DNA from: Camelus ferus
Lineage: Eukaryota
Assembly: GCF_009834535.1 (NCBI RefSeq)
Contig: NC_045696.1
Span: 73,782,001 to 73,846,000, forward strand
Direction: 5' to 3'
DNA: 64,000 nt
The position numbers and the translations under genes were made by a program. This document shows, in pieces, positions 39,240-51,287 of this stretch; the stretch's first letter is position 1, and every line of letters begins with the position of its first letter. Below the pieces are notes generated by a model. That model was given only the letters and a program-made list of their open reading frames with translations. It made no database searches and was not told the origin of the DNA.

Positions 39240-41399
39240 AAGGTTTTCTTCTTGATTTTTTAAAATTTGACATTAAATTATTATTATAGGAAAGTCAAGT
39301 TCCCTATCTGTCACATTCAGTGCTGAATCTCCTAGCAGAATACATGGCAAATTAGTAAACCCTTGATAAATATTTATTCAAATACTGAATCTCAGTATTA
39401 ACTACAATTTGCTTAACCATTCCTCTGTTGTAGATAGTTTCCAGTTTGTTCACTACTGGAAATCACGTAATGATAAACTTCTTTGTGCAGAATACTTTGT
39501 CTCCCTTCATGATTTTTCTCTCATGCAGATTTTTTGAATGCAATGATTAAATCAAAAGAAATTTAAAAAATAAAATTTCTGATTACATGGTGCTAGACTA
39601 CTTTCCAATTCACCCAAACACCAGCAGGACCTTTGAGTAAATGACAGAGCTACAAATCCAACTAAAACCTCTGCATCATAGCCTGAGTCCTTGACACAAT
39701 TCTGCGCTGCCTCTCCATTGATCTAGTTAAAAGATGATTGAACAATGGTAATCTAAAGATATTGATTAATTAATTCTGATTTATCAAGCTAATAATTTTA
39801 GAACAAAAAGAAAGTGTTAGTTGGTAGAGCTTTAACTTAATGACGCCCTTCTGAGTAATGATAACAGGTCACTGGTGGTCCAAAGGACACTTTTGTGTAA
39901 ATTAGGAAAAAAATGACCCTTCTCCAAGATACTTTAATACACTGCAGGAAAGTTAATCAAACCAATACATAAACCTGTGGCTACAGAGCTGTGAATTGCA
40001 TCCTCTAGAGCCATGAGGCACAAAACCTGGACAATTGTATTTTCCAATCCCTTGGGAATCCGCTGTATCCAGCCTAGTGTGTGAGAATATAACGTCAACC
40101 AAGATAATGTTTTTCTTGAAATTCCTTTTTGAAAATTATTACAACTTTCATCTTTCTTATATTTTCCTGGATTTTCTTTAGGTCTTTTTTTTAAATTTTA
40201 ATAATGTTTCCAGTGTTTTTGCAATCTCATCTGCAAATCATGTTCTGGGATCATAAATCCTCTTAGCTTAGGGAGTGATGGTAGAACATTTTATTTTATG
40301 ATAAAATCATTTATAATATTTATAAACTATTTGTAATTTTAATATATATATAAAAGTCAGCTTCATGTATGTATGATTATTTGATACAACTTTAAAAACA
40401 TAAATTTATTAGAGAAACAGTAAAGTTTTTTTCAGCTGGAGAACTTCTCTCTATTGTCCATTTGGCCTTTTATTGGATAAAGTTCCTTTAATTTTAAAAG
40501 CATATTTGACATTTGACCTTGACATCTCAGCTTCCAAATGTAAACTTATGTATATAAGCTGTGAGTCTTCACAGAGGTATTGTTATCATAATAAAAAATC
40601 TCTATAAATACATTATCTGTCACCTTACAAGTTGAACAATTGTGAATACATCTGTACCTTGACTTTTAACTACTGACATATTGTTGATATATTTCTAAAC
40701 TGGAAGAAAAAAATGAAAGGGCATATTTTCTTTCAAATAACATTCTGAGACCTTTTATTTTTACCTAGTAGACTACATTCATTTCACTGAAAATAGATAT
40801 TTTTTTTCTCCTCTATTTTGTTCTGCTGCTGCCATCTAGAGTAAAAGTGAAGCAAAGGAAGCAGATCTCAGCCAAGCAGTGCAGAGAATCCAAATTCAGT
40901 TGGAAATGGATAGTGAGGGACTTTGTCAGAGCTCATTCTAGCACAAGTGGTACTCCACTAGATAGTTCTGAATCTAGCAACATATCCAGAACCTGTTTCA
41001 GGCCCAGCTGTGAATAAGTCTTCTTTGTCTAGAGTATCTTCTGCCTCCCTCCCCATTTTGCTCCCTTTTCTCTTGCTTGTGGTATCTCCCCAGGGTTTCT
41101 GGGCCTGCAGATACTTTCTGTTCCTTCTCATCAAAATGTACTTTTTGGACAGGATGTGATAAACATATTCATACTCAGCAGTAAAGGATAAATAAACTAG
41201 ATGTGTGGCGTGACACCTCTCGGTAGCTGTGTGGGAACAATTTGGGCTAAACACATTCAGATCCAAGTGGCAATGAAACTATGAACTCTTTAGGAGTGTC
41301 TAGTTTACTTCCTTTGCATCTGGCTTTTAGGAAGATTTTGCCCATAACTCCACTGATGATAACATCATATAAGACCTCAATATTACCACACAAAAATTC

Positions 41400-42200
41400 T
41401 TTACTTGTGCTTTTTTTCTCCATAAATAAATTTTCTCATAGTCAAACATTAATTTTTCTTTGATGGCTTCTATGTATTATAAAATATAAAAGGACTTCCT
41501 TATTCTGCAATTATAGAAAGTATTTCCTGTGGTTTCTTACAATTATTCATTGTTTCATTTTTCACATTTAAATCTTTGATTTTTCTCAAATCTATTTTAG
41601 GGTAAGATATAAAGAGTAAATTAAAATTTACTTCCCTCCCAAACAACCATGCCCCTATCTCCCTAAGTTGGTACTCAAGTGATCCACTTGCTCATTTTAA
41701 ATCATTTATAATTAAATGCCACTTTTATCACATACCAATTTTCTTTAAGCTTTTGGATTTATTTCTGGACTTCCTTTTCTGTTCTACTGAGCTGTCTGTC
41801 TATTCATATGCAAGTGCAATAGATTTGTTATTTTTATACTGAAATATCTCATAGTGCCAGTCTTGCTCGTTTTTTTTTCCCCAAAAAAATTCCCACCAAT
41901 TTTTACTGCCTTATTTTCTCAATGAGTTGTAGCTTATTTTGTTAAAAAAAAAAACAAAAAACCTGTTGATTCTTTACTGGAATTACAATTTATTTAAAGA
42001 TTAGTTTGGGGTTTAGTGCTCATATACAAGAACATGGTATGCCAATATACTTATTCACGCCTCCTGTTATTTTCTACAATGATATTTGAAAGTTTTCCTC
42101 ATATAGATCTTGGGTATTTCTTGCTACGTTTTCCCCGTATTGTATTGTATTTGGGTTGAAATTTGTGACCTACCTTTCAACTTCAGGTTGCTTTTCATCC
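41400..42200 (-). mobile_element. Old L1M ORF2 fragments
   Basis: ttttcacatttaaatctttgat...atttctggacttcc..ttctgttctactgagctgtctgtctattc...caagaacatggtatg. Confidence 0.7.
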
Positions 42201-43769
42201 TATAGAAGATTTTCATATTGATGTCATCATATTTTCAGCAGTTACAAACATTTTTCCTAAAGTTTTGCAATTCATGTATTATTTAATTAAGAAGGCCTTC
42301 CTTTCTCCATGCCTACATATAATATGCATATATATGTCTATATACTACATGTAACTTTTCTTAAAATCTGAGAAAATTATATTTTAATCTATAATTATGT
42401 GGAATTTCAGATCATACCCACAGGGCCATACACTTCTACATTTTATTTAATACATTTACTTAATATTATCTCTTTTCTTTTTTAAAATTTAAAATCTGTA
42501 GAATATTTTAAGGAACAGGGCACTGAATATCCCCATACCATTCACCATTTGTTATAAACAAAATAAAATTAGAGAAGAGCAATAAGAAAATATAGAGAGC
42601 AGCAATCAAATAATAAAAGTGTTTAAAAGCAATGAATGATGTTGATTCTAAGATAAATTTTCTACTTATTGAGATTATTAGTCACTTGATGGATATCAAT
42701 TTAATGGACAAATTATTCAAAAGTTTGATGTAGTTATGTGAAGACAGGGACATCTTTTGGGGTCACCATTTGATATACGGTGCTGTTACTTTTCATATCA
42801 GAATAGTTTCCAATTGCTCCTTTGATTTTTTCTTTAATCCAACAGTTATTAAAATGGGATTTTATAATTTTCAAAAAGACATAAATACATTTGGCTATTA
42901 TTATGATAATTTCTAATTTTATTGCATGTGGTAAATGAGTTTATTCTGTATGCTGTCTGTCTTTTTTGAGATTTTCTTATTGGCCTATATGTGGCCCTAA
43001 TTCTGTGCCATCTTCTCTTCCCCAAAGCTAACAATTATGTTGGATTTTGTGTTCACCATTACTACATTTTTCAAAGTTATTACACATGTATGTATAATAA
43101 ACAATAATCATTTTTTAGTTTTGCCTGTTTTTGAACTTTATATAAATGTAGTATGACTTTTTGCACTCTTCTGATTTGCCTTCTCCTTGAGTTTTTCTAT
43201 ATTCTTATGTATCAATGTATATATCTAGAATTAATTCATCTTCATTGTTGTAAAGTATTACAGATATTAATTTATCATGTTTTTTAAATTACAGTTTATT
43301 TTTCACTTAATTGTGGACATTTGAGCTGTTTCCTGATTTTTTTTCCATTGTAAAAAAAAAAAAAAAAAGAACTATGAGCATTGTTTTCCTTATGTTTCAT
43401 GCCTGTCTTCTCTAAACAGCATATGGATAGATTTTGTGTCGTTATATCCACTCTGACAATTTTTGTATTTTAACTGGAGAATTTTAGTCCTTTTAGATCA
43501 GTTGGGATTGTTGATATATTTGAATTTTTTTAATGGATCTGAGTGTGAGTTGGTTAGTATTCTCAAATTGCTCTCCAGGATTTCTGTGCTAGTCTGTTCT
43601 TTCACTAGTAGTCCTTGCAGGTTACCATTTCCCCACATCCTTACCAACATTTGTTATTATCTGATTGCCTAATATTTGTCATTTTAAGGGTATAGAGTGA
43701 TATCTTGTTTTAATTTGCATTTCTAAGATAAGCAGGGAGGTTGAACATCAATACGGTACTTATTTTTTT

Positions 43770-44675
43770 AAAAATAGCTGGTTTTGTGTGAGTGTGTATA
43801 ATTATTTTCTGAACTAATTGAGAGTAGATGGCATGCACTATACTCCTTTACCCCCATAATACTTTAACGCTTATTTCCTGTGAACAATGATATCCTGCTT
43901 ATATAACAACAGCACAGCTATCAGATTCAGGGAATTTAACATCAATAAAGTACTTTAATCTACATCCTATATCCCAATTATCCCAATATTGTCTTTTACA
44001 ACATTTTTTTTCCCTCTAGGACAGAATTCAGTCGAGATCACATATTAATTTAGTTGTCAAATCTCCTTGAATCTGAAACAGTTCCTCAGTCTTTCTTTGT
44101 CTTTTTTGGCATTAACATTTTTGAAGAATATGGGCTAGTTATTTACAACAGAATGTCTCAATTTGGAATTTTCTGAGGCATTCCTTCTTAATTGGGGTTC
44201 CTTGAGAGAATTAAGCCTTGGGGCATCCATTGTATAAAGTTAATTAAATTCTCTCCTATGTATCTAGAATAGAGAATAGAGAAAATAGTAAATGAAGTCA
44301 TTAAGGCTTAGTTTTATCGTGGAACCCTTCATGAGGAAAGTTGGCTGTTTCTTCACGGTTTGATTTGGATTATGTATCCCTGGCTAGAATGCGACATATG
44401 TGATATTGTGTTTCTCTCAGGATATCACAACTGGAGGTATGCAATGTTAACTTCCTCTTATTGGTGATGTTAATTTTGATTATGCACTAAAGGTGTTTTC
44501 TAGTTTATCCACATCCAGTTATTGCTTTCCCTCTTGCAACTAATAAACAGTTTGGGAGGGAGACCCTTTTAAGATCATTAAAATATCCTGCTCTTTATCA
44601 AACTTTCCCCCTTAGATTTAGCATACAATGATGATACTTGCCCAAACAAATCATTACTATGATGGTTCCAAAATA
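43770..44675 (-). mobile_element. L1MC4/5-like 3' end
   Basis: ttgagagtag.tggca...tttacccccataatacttt...tatttcctg.gaacaa...cagggaatttaacat...ttttgaagaata.gggc.agttattt; interrupted at ~44180-44345. Confidence 0.8.
44195..44327. mobile_element. Candidate MITE with 25-bp imperfect terminal inverted repeats
   Basis: Left arm gggttccttgagagaattaagcctt (44195-44219) vs reverse complement of right arm gggttccacgataaaactaagcctt (44303-44327): 20/25 identical. Interrupts the L1MC. Confidence 0.6.
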
Positions 44676-44679
44676 TGAC

Positions 44680-45640
44680 GAAGAAATATGAAGAAGTTAC
44701 ACAGAATGCAGCATCAAAAGGCAAGTATGTGGAAAATATAAAATGTTTCAAGGCAAACATATGGTCTGCTATGTATCTAGTCAGAATCCCTGAAGGAGAG
44801 AATAGAGAGAAGGAGGGAAAAGAAATATGGGAAGAGGTAATGGCTGAGAGTAATTTGAAACTGATGAAAGATATGCCCCTCAGATATAGTGATACAGGAA
44901 AAATGGGGTGTGAGAGGATGGCCATGTCCCAGGTCCCAGGCAAGTCCCTGCGATGCACCCCATCAAGTGAGCATCTTTGGCTTTGAGCAGGAAAAGAATT
45001 CAAGAGCTAGCCATAGTAGAGTAAAAGTAAGATTTATTCAGAGAGATACACACTCCATAGACCAAATGTAGGTCATCTCAAAAGTCCAGAGAGGCCACGA
45101 GGTGTGGGTGTTTTGTTTAAAGTAAAAGTAGATACACACTCCATAGACAGAGTGTGGTCCATCTCACTCAGAAGGTAGAGTGGCCACGAGGTGTGGGGGT
45201 TGTTAGTTTTTATGAGCTCAGTTATTTCATATGCTAACAAGTGGGAGGATTTCAACTACTTTGGGGAAGGGGCTGAGATTCCCAGGAATTGGGCCACTGC
45301 CCACTTTCTGACCTTTTCTGGTTAGCCTCAGAACTGTTATGGCACCTGTGGGTATGCCATTTACCGTGCTAATATGTTACAAGGAGCATATAATGAAGCT
45401 CAATGTCTACAGGAAGTCAAATCTCCTGCCATCTTGGTGCTAATTGCTGTGTCATTCCCTTACTGGCTGTGCCCTACACCCTTCCTTCCTTTCTCAATAG
45501 AAAGTCTAAGAATCTTAAGCAAAATAAATAAAAAGATATTCACACCAAGATATATTGTAGTCTATTACTAACCCCAAACAAAAACAGCAGATCTTAACAA
45601 AATAGTCAGATAGAAAAGATACATGCCAGCACCACTCCCA
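44680..45640 (+). mobile_element. Old L1/HAL1 ORF1 relic split by an LTR
   Basis: EEVTQNA..YLVRIPEGENREKEGKEIWEEVMAE.NLKLMKD before the LTR; LSKINKKIFTPRYIVV after it. Confidence 0.85.
44890..45496 (-). mobile_element. MER41-like ERV1 solo LTR (607 bp)
   Basis: TG...CA with 4-bp TSD atag (44886-44889 / 45497-45500). Collinear blocks match recalled MER41: aaagaattca, actccatagacagag, tatgctaacaag, aactgttatggc, tataatga, gccatcttgg. Confidence 0.88.
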
Positions 45641-46887
45641 TTGGTAAAACTGTGAAAAAACAAAAAAAAAACAAAGCAAGGAATTTGTTATCTCGAAAGG
45701 AAGGAAAGTGTTTACCTCTTGAGGGAGTGTAAAGGTCAGGGACAAGATTGTAATGGGAGTGGTGCTGGCCCAAGGTGAAATACCTTTCTGTTTTATTTAA
45801 AGATAGGTTTTTATTAGATAGAATCTTGTATATACTTAGAAAAAATGTAAGCAAGATAAATTGGTTAAGGTACTCCTAAAGTATCTTCACAGCACCTATC
45901 ACGACTCTTTTACATTAAATCTAAAACTCTACCTTAGTGGCAACTTCATCAGTTGCCTGGGGTGAAGATATATCCCTCCAGAGTAGATTTGCTTTTGCTT
46001 CTGACGTTGTGGGGCCTAGAACTGTTTTTTCTTGAATACATGATGTATATATTTTTAGAATCTTATTTTAGATTCTTTCTTGGTCCATCTGTGAATGTTG
46101 TGCTTTAAAATTTTTTTTCCTGCCCGTAACCTGACTCTAGTGATTGCAAGCGAGAGGTGGCATGGGTTGCAGATGGACTGGAGTATTCTAGGTATGGGAA
46201 CTCTTCATACCTTTGGAGAGTTCCATCCACACTGGGCACCTCTACCTCTCTGGACTAAGGGCCCCACATTTGTTGCTTTTGTCTGGGATGGGAGCCCTCT
46301 GTTACTCTATAGTAGATAAATAGAAACAGGGTAATAAACATTAGGCCTACTTGGCTGCTCTTTCTGTGGACTCCCAAATAACTACCTAGTTTTATTCAAA
46401 TTTCTTTCATCTCCTCAAGTCTACATCTGTCTTGAAGTTTCCCTCAAGCTGCTTCTGCACATCTTTATGTATTCATTTTGGGCTTGATTTCTCCTTCATA
46501 ATCTCTGCTTCCCATATTTCAGAGATTTTTATATGCTTTCTAGACCAACATAACCATCCTTTATTGTTATCCTAGGCTATTGTGGATTTATTAATATTAT
46601 TTTTCTATTTCTAACAAGCTGAGGTGGGTGTAAGGCTAGAATGTGCATTCATACTACAGTATTTCTAGTCTCATCTACCAGCATTTAAATAGTGGTTATG
46701 CCTGGGTAATTTAAAATTTATATTTGATATATTTTTAAACTTTTCTATAATGTACATATATATAATTTTGCTTAATTATATATTCAACTACAAAAATAAT
46801 TAAAGTATGCTTGTACAAAATCAGAAGTGAAACTGTCCCGCCTCCCCACCTCCAATGCCGCTCCTCAGAGTTAACCACAGTCTAGAT

Positions 46888-47094
46888 CAGAGTTTCACAG
46901 TCTTGGAACTATTGGCACATGGGCCAGATAATTCTTCACTGTAGGCCATCCTGTCCCTTGTGGGTGGGTTAGTGTCATCCGTGGCCTTTACCAAGAATGC
47001 TAATAACGACTCCAAATTGTAACAACCAAAAATGTCTCCAGACATTCGCCAAATGTCCCCAGGAGGCAAGATCACCTATGGTTGAGAACTACTG
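46888..47094 (-). mobile_element. MER20 (hAT-Charlie)
   Basis: acaaccaaaaatgtctccagacattcgccaaatgtcccc...ggttgagaactactg. 8-bp TSD gtctagat / gtcttgat. Confidence 0.95.
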
Positions 47095-47199
47095 GTCTTG
47101 ATTTATTTCTGTAAATTTACAAACACCTATATACACACACATTTAAAGAAAAATAACTCATATATCAAAATGGTAAACCTGCTAGCTTATGAACCTCTA

Positions 47200-47505
47200 A
47201 GTCAGGATGCTAAAGTATACTCTTTGAACACTAGCCTGATGCTAAGAGTGTTTATGAAAAAAAAAAAAAAGATGTTCTTTGGTCAAATAAACTTGGATAA
47301 TACTGAGTTAAAAAAATTAAACCATGTTCTTTCCCACGTGACTACTCTGAACCTTTAAGTTACTACTGCGCATTGTGAATCTCCAGGAGGGAGCTATAAT
47401 TGCACTATTTCCTAAGTTTATATGGCTGCAGAATCTTTAGTGTATTTATTTCATAGAGCATTTCATGGGACTATATGTTCTGTGGAAACCTATTGGGAAA
47501 CTACA
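47200..47505. mobile_element. hAT-Charlie family fragment
   Basis: ggtcaaataaacttggataatactgagttaaa...gcattgtgaatctccagga...tttcctaagtttat...tgttctgtggaaac..ttgggaaa; subfamily uncertain. Confidence 0.55.
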
Positions 47506-48289
47506 CATTGATCCTCTGAGTATAAGAAAGTCCATGGCAGATTTTAAACAAACGTAAAGCTGAAACGAACAAAAACTATTTTATGTTCCCAGTATTCTCC
47601 CATCTCTCTACTCTGTTTTAATCCTAAGGAAAATCAGACCACAAGTTAAGTTCAGCAGATGGATCAGACAGAAGCAGACTGGCAGGCCCACTTGGCACAC
47701 AGAAAGTATGTGATTCTTACTAGCAGGCCAGTTATTTATGGAATACTACTAGTTGCCAGAGAGAAAAAAGGACACCAGTACCATTTGAAAAGAGGTTTCT
47801 CTCATAAGTGGCCATTACAGTTCTTTAATTTTTCCTCTGCTTAAGATTCTAGGCCACCATCTTATTTTTGTTCCCTCACTGAAGTAGATGGATAAAATTG
47901 TTGTTTTCAACAGAATTACACTGGCAAGGAATTTTTTTTCCCTTAAATGTTCATTGACTTTCCTAACCATTTATTGGGGTCTCTGGATCTTAAAACAAAA
48001 ATTCAGAGGAATACAAATAAATGAGAATCCTTTATATAATGTTTCCCTCAGACTGCTCAACACTGCTTATGTATGGCGAATCTAAGGCATTTTCTTCCTT
48101 GTTGCTGTTTTAGTTGCAGTTAGACAAGATCTAGCTTGGACTCTAGGGTGTGGAGCAGGGGTCCCTTTCAAAGAGACACTTGATTCAGATGGAGGCAGCC
48201 TGGGATCAGTTGGGCGTTCTGCGGTGCAGACAGCAAGGATAAAAATGAGCAACACGCATGCCCTCCTGTCCTTTCCTCTCCTCATAAAT

Positions 48290-48333
48290 GAAATGAGAAA
48301 GTGAAAAGCTGAAAAAGAAACGAAAAGCTGAAA
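48290..48333 (+). promoter_or_regulatory. Cluster of IRF/ISRE-type GAAA cores
   Basis: gaaatgagaaagtgaaaagctgaaaaagaaacgaaaagctgaaa: seven GAAA in 44 bp, including GAAAGTGAAA and GAAACGAAA. Motif evidence only. Confidence 0.45.
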
Positions 48334-48546
48334 TGGTATCACTGCGCCATTTCCAAGCTGATTATTCAATATTCAGAATTATGAGAGATAGAAAAGAATG
48401 AAAAAAAATCATATCAACTTATTCAGTGGTACCAGAGCAGAAAAAGTGAAGGCTGTTTCATGTTTATCGAAATAGTCTTAATTTTCATTTTCAAAAGAAA
48501 AACATTGTAAGTGAGGCCCGTGTCACAGTATCTTTTCTTATCCATG

Positions 48547-48565
48547 TTGTCACCAGAGGGCACTA
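48547..48565 (+). promoter_or_regulatory. Candidate CTCF site
   Basis: ttgtcaccagagggcacta vs consensus TGGCCACCAG(A/G)GGGC(A/G)CTA. Confidence 0.45.
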
Positions 48566-50603
48566 GTAAATGTCTGTAGAAAGTAAAAACTCTCAAATTT
48601 ACAGAGTGCAAAATTTTGGTTAAGTCCATTACCCACTCTATATTTTTTATTTTTTCATCTATAAACAGAGATATTTACAACTACCACTCTATGAAGGTCT
48701 CATAAACAGAAATATTTATGACTTCTAAATGAAAGTCTCAATTTTTTCATCTAAAACTATGTTTTAAATTCAGATTTTTTTTAAAATTATAATCAGTTAT
48801 AACAGGTTTTAACTGTTACAGAAATCTTAGTTTAAAAAAGAAATCTAGACTTCGAGAGGCAGTGGTGAGAAACTGTTACCCCAGGGTGCCATGTACTTGG
48901 GGCTTTACATTTTTTTCTTTCTTAGCTGTCAGCCAGATACTACGTCTTGACTTTGTGGGCATACTTCAAGAAGACTGTGAGTATTTGGAGAGAAGGAGAG
49001 GGTAGAGTGAGGTTGAGAGGGATGGGAATATGAAGCACTATAGGATCTGGGGGAAATTTTAATCTTCAAAGAAAAAGATTTCTTCACCGCAAGGAGAGGG
49101 GGACGGGACAGATAGAACTGAAATTATGCAAGACATGCTTCAAAGGAAAGGACACATAGGCTTAATACACACAGATATCATGCTGTTTTGCACAAAACTC
49201 GATTTAATACAAAATGTTTATTTTGGAAGAGTAAAAGTATAGTTCGTTTAAATGGTAATTACAAAAAAATAGTAATTACAGGTTTACTAATTAAAGTTAC
49301 CCACTACAGGTTTTAATTAATTAAGTTATTTTTACAAATGAAGCAAGGAAAAACTTGAGAATTAAAGAGACTATCATTATTTTGGTAAAACAGAAGAAAG
49401 TAATTATGTGTTCAGGACTTGGTATCAAGCAGATATGGAAATGACTTATTTTCCAAGAAGTGAGTGCATGGGGAAAAAAAGAAAAATAACTACATTTAAA
49501 ATAAAATTTGTTGAATGTGGACTCGTTTTTTTTTTTTAACAGTTTCAGTTGTAGGGCCACTCTTTGCAATTTCTCCTACTTCCAAATCTTCATTTTTATC
49601 ACCACAATAAACATTAGAAAACTAAGGGGTTCCCTAGGTTGAGAATATCTTCTCTACTTGTATTTCTCTCATAAAATAAAGCCGATATAAAAGAGGATAA
49701 AAGGCTATCATTTTTCAAAATTGTTATCATCTTTAGCATTACGTTTGGTAAAAATCTTGGGCCAACTTCAACAGCTGTACACAGCAGGATCTTTTCATCT
49801 GAAACCTTGAAACAAAAGCCAGATGTTGATGAACCCCATTCATCCACAAAGACTGACTCTGTTTTTGTGAGGGGCTAAACTTACGCATTCACAAGAAATC
49901 CAACTGAGCCCAGTTAGAAAAATGTTCACTTTTTTACTGAAGACTCGTGGGTACAAAAAGGGGTTTCACATGCAAAAAGTCAGCATTTCTTCAGAAAAAT
50001 CCCCATAAGTCATTTCTTCTCCCGGGAATCTCCTCCCAGCTGCTAGTCACCAGGTACCTCTTCCTTTCTGTCCCATTTACTGCTCTGATCTACTCCCAAG
50101 AACCGCTTAATTCTGCTTCTTCTTTCCCACCATTTTATTTTTCAGAGCAGTTTCTTTCTTTCCATGAAAAATGCCGTCTTCCCATGAAAACTGGGAGCCA
50201 TCTGTGGCTTAATTTAGCCAGAAGTGGGCTATCAAAGCAGCATCTCAATAGATTTGGTCCCCTTTCTTTTGCTAATGCAATTTTCATTATTCCCCAGCTA
50301 CTGAGAATTATTTTTCAATAAGTAATACATGCTCATACAAATAAACAAAATGAAGAAAGTCATTGTTCCTTCTCTGTGAAGTAGTGGATGAGAAAGTATA
50401 ATTACTGAGACTTACTTATTATGGAGAGCATATAACTTTATCGCTCATGGAATATTTTCGAAGACTTAATTTTGCCTCAAACACATTGTAGAGGACTGAG
50501 GTTCCTTAACTGCTAAAGTGCAGAAGAAAGTGTTTCTTCTAAAACATGCTACAGTAGTAGGTTCTTAAGGATCTTGACATCAAAGTAGAGATCAGTTTCA
50601 TAG

Positions 50604-50890
50604 TGTATTAATTTTCTACTGCTGTGTACAAATAGCCATGTATTTAGTAGCATTAAAAAAAAATTTTATGGCTTAGCCAGGTCCTATACTCAGAGTCTTA
50701 CAGGCCTAAGATCAATGTGTCACCTGGGCTGTGTTCCTTTCTGAAAGTCAGGATTCTCTTCCAAGACAAATTGTTGGCAGAATTCAGGCTCATATGGTTG
50801 TAGGACTGAGGTCACTGTTTTCTTGCTGGTTATGAGCTGGAGGCTGTCTCAGCTCCTAAAGTCTACCTGAAGTTCCTCTAACCTGCCACA
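50604..50890 (-). mobile_element. MLT1 (MaLR) LTR fragment
   Basis: tgtattaattttctactgctgtgtacaaat...ttgttggcagaattcag..catatggttgtaggactgaggtc..tgttttcttgctgg. Confidence 0.85.
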
Positions 50891-50896
50891 TTTTGG

Positions 50897-51285
50897 TGCT
50901 AGTAAAAAAAAACCCAAAAAACATGAGACCCTTGGGTCAGAAATGAAGCACAGTTTATTACTGACAGCAGTAGCAATAGCCAGAGTATCAACACTTGTGT
51001 AGGTTTCCCGTACCCCGTACCCCAGTTCCCACTGGGTTATGTGAAGAGAGCAGGATAGATGGATGCCCACACATGTAGTGGGTTGCATTACAAGAAAGGA
51101 ACCTTGAATTTAGGGAAACTACATCTTTTATAGTGGACAGTAAGTACACCTGACCTTTGATCTAAAGGGAGATACTATCTCTATCTTCCAAGGCTGTTGG
51201 TCATATAAACATTCCTGAAAAGACAGTTTGAAACAAAGGTAGTCAGTGCCTCTGTTCAAAAGACATGGAGAATTATCTCTCAACA
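50897..51285 (-). mobile_element. LTR40-like ERVL LTR
   Basis: Reverse complement tgttgagagataattctccatg...cagaggcactgact.cctttgtt...acagccttggaagatagagatagt matches recalled LTR40. Confidence 0.8.
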
Positions 51286-51287
51286 AC

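Noticed and set aside
48659..48741. Short diverged tandem duplication (also 2640-2685, 6291-6316, 23249-23292)
   Set aside because: Ordinary slippage-type duplications of two units; no repeat-spacer array, so nothing CRISPR-like.
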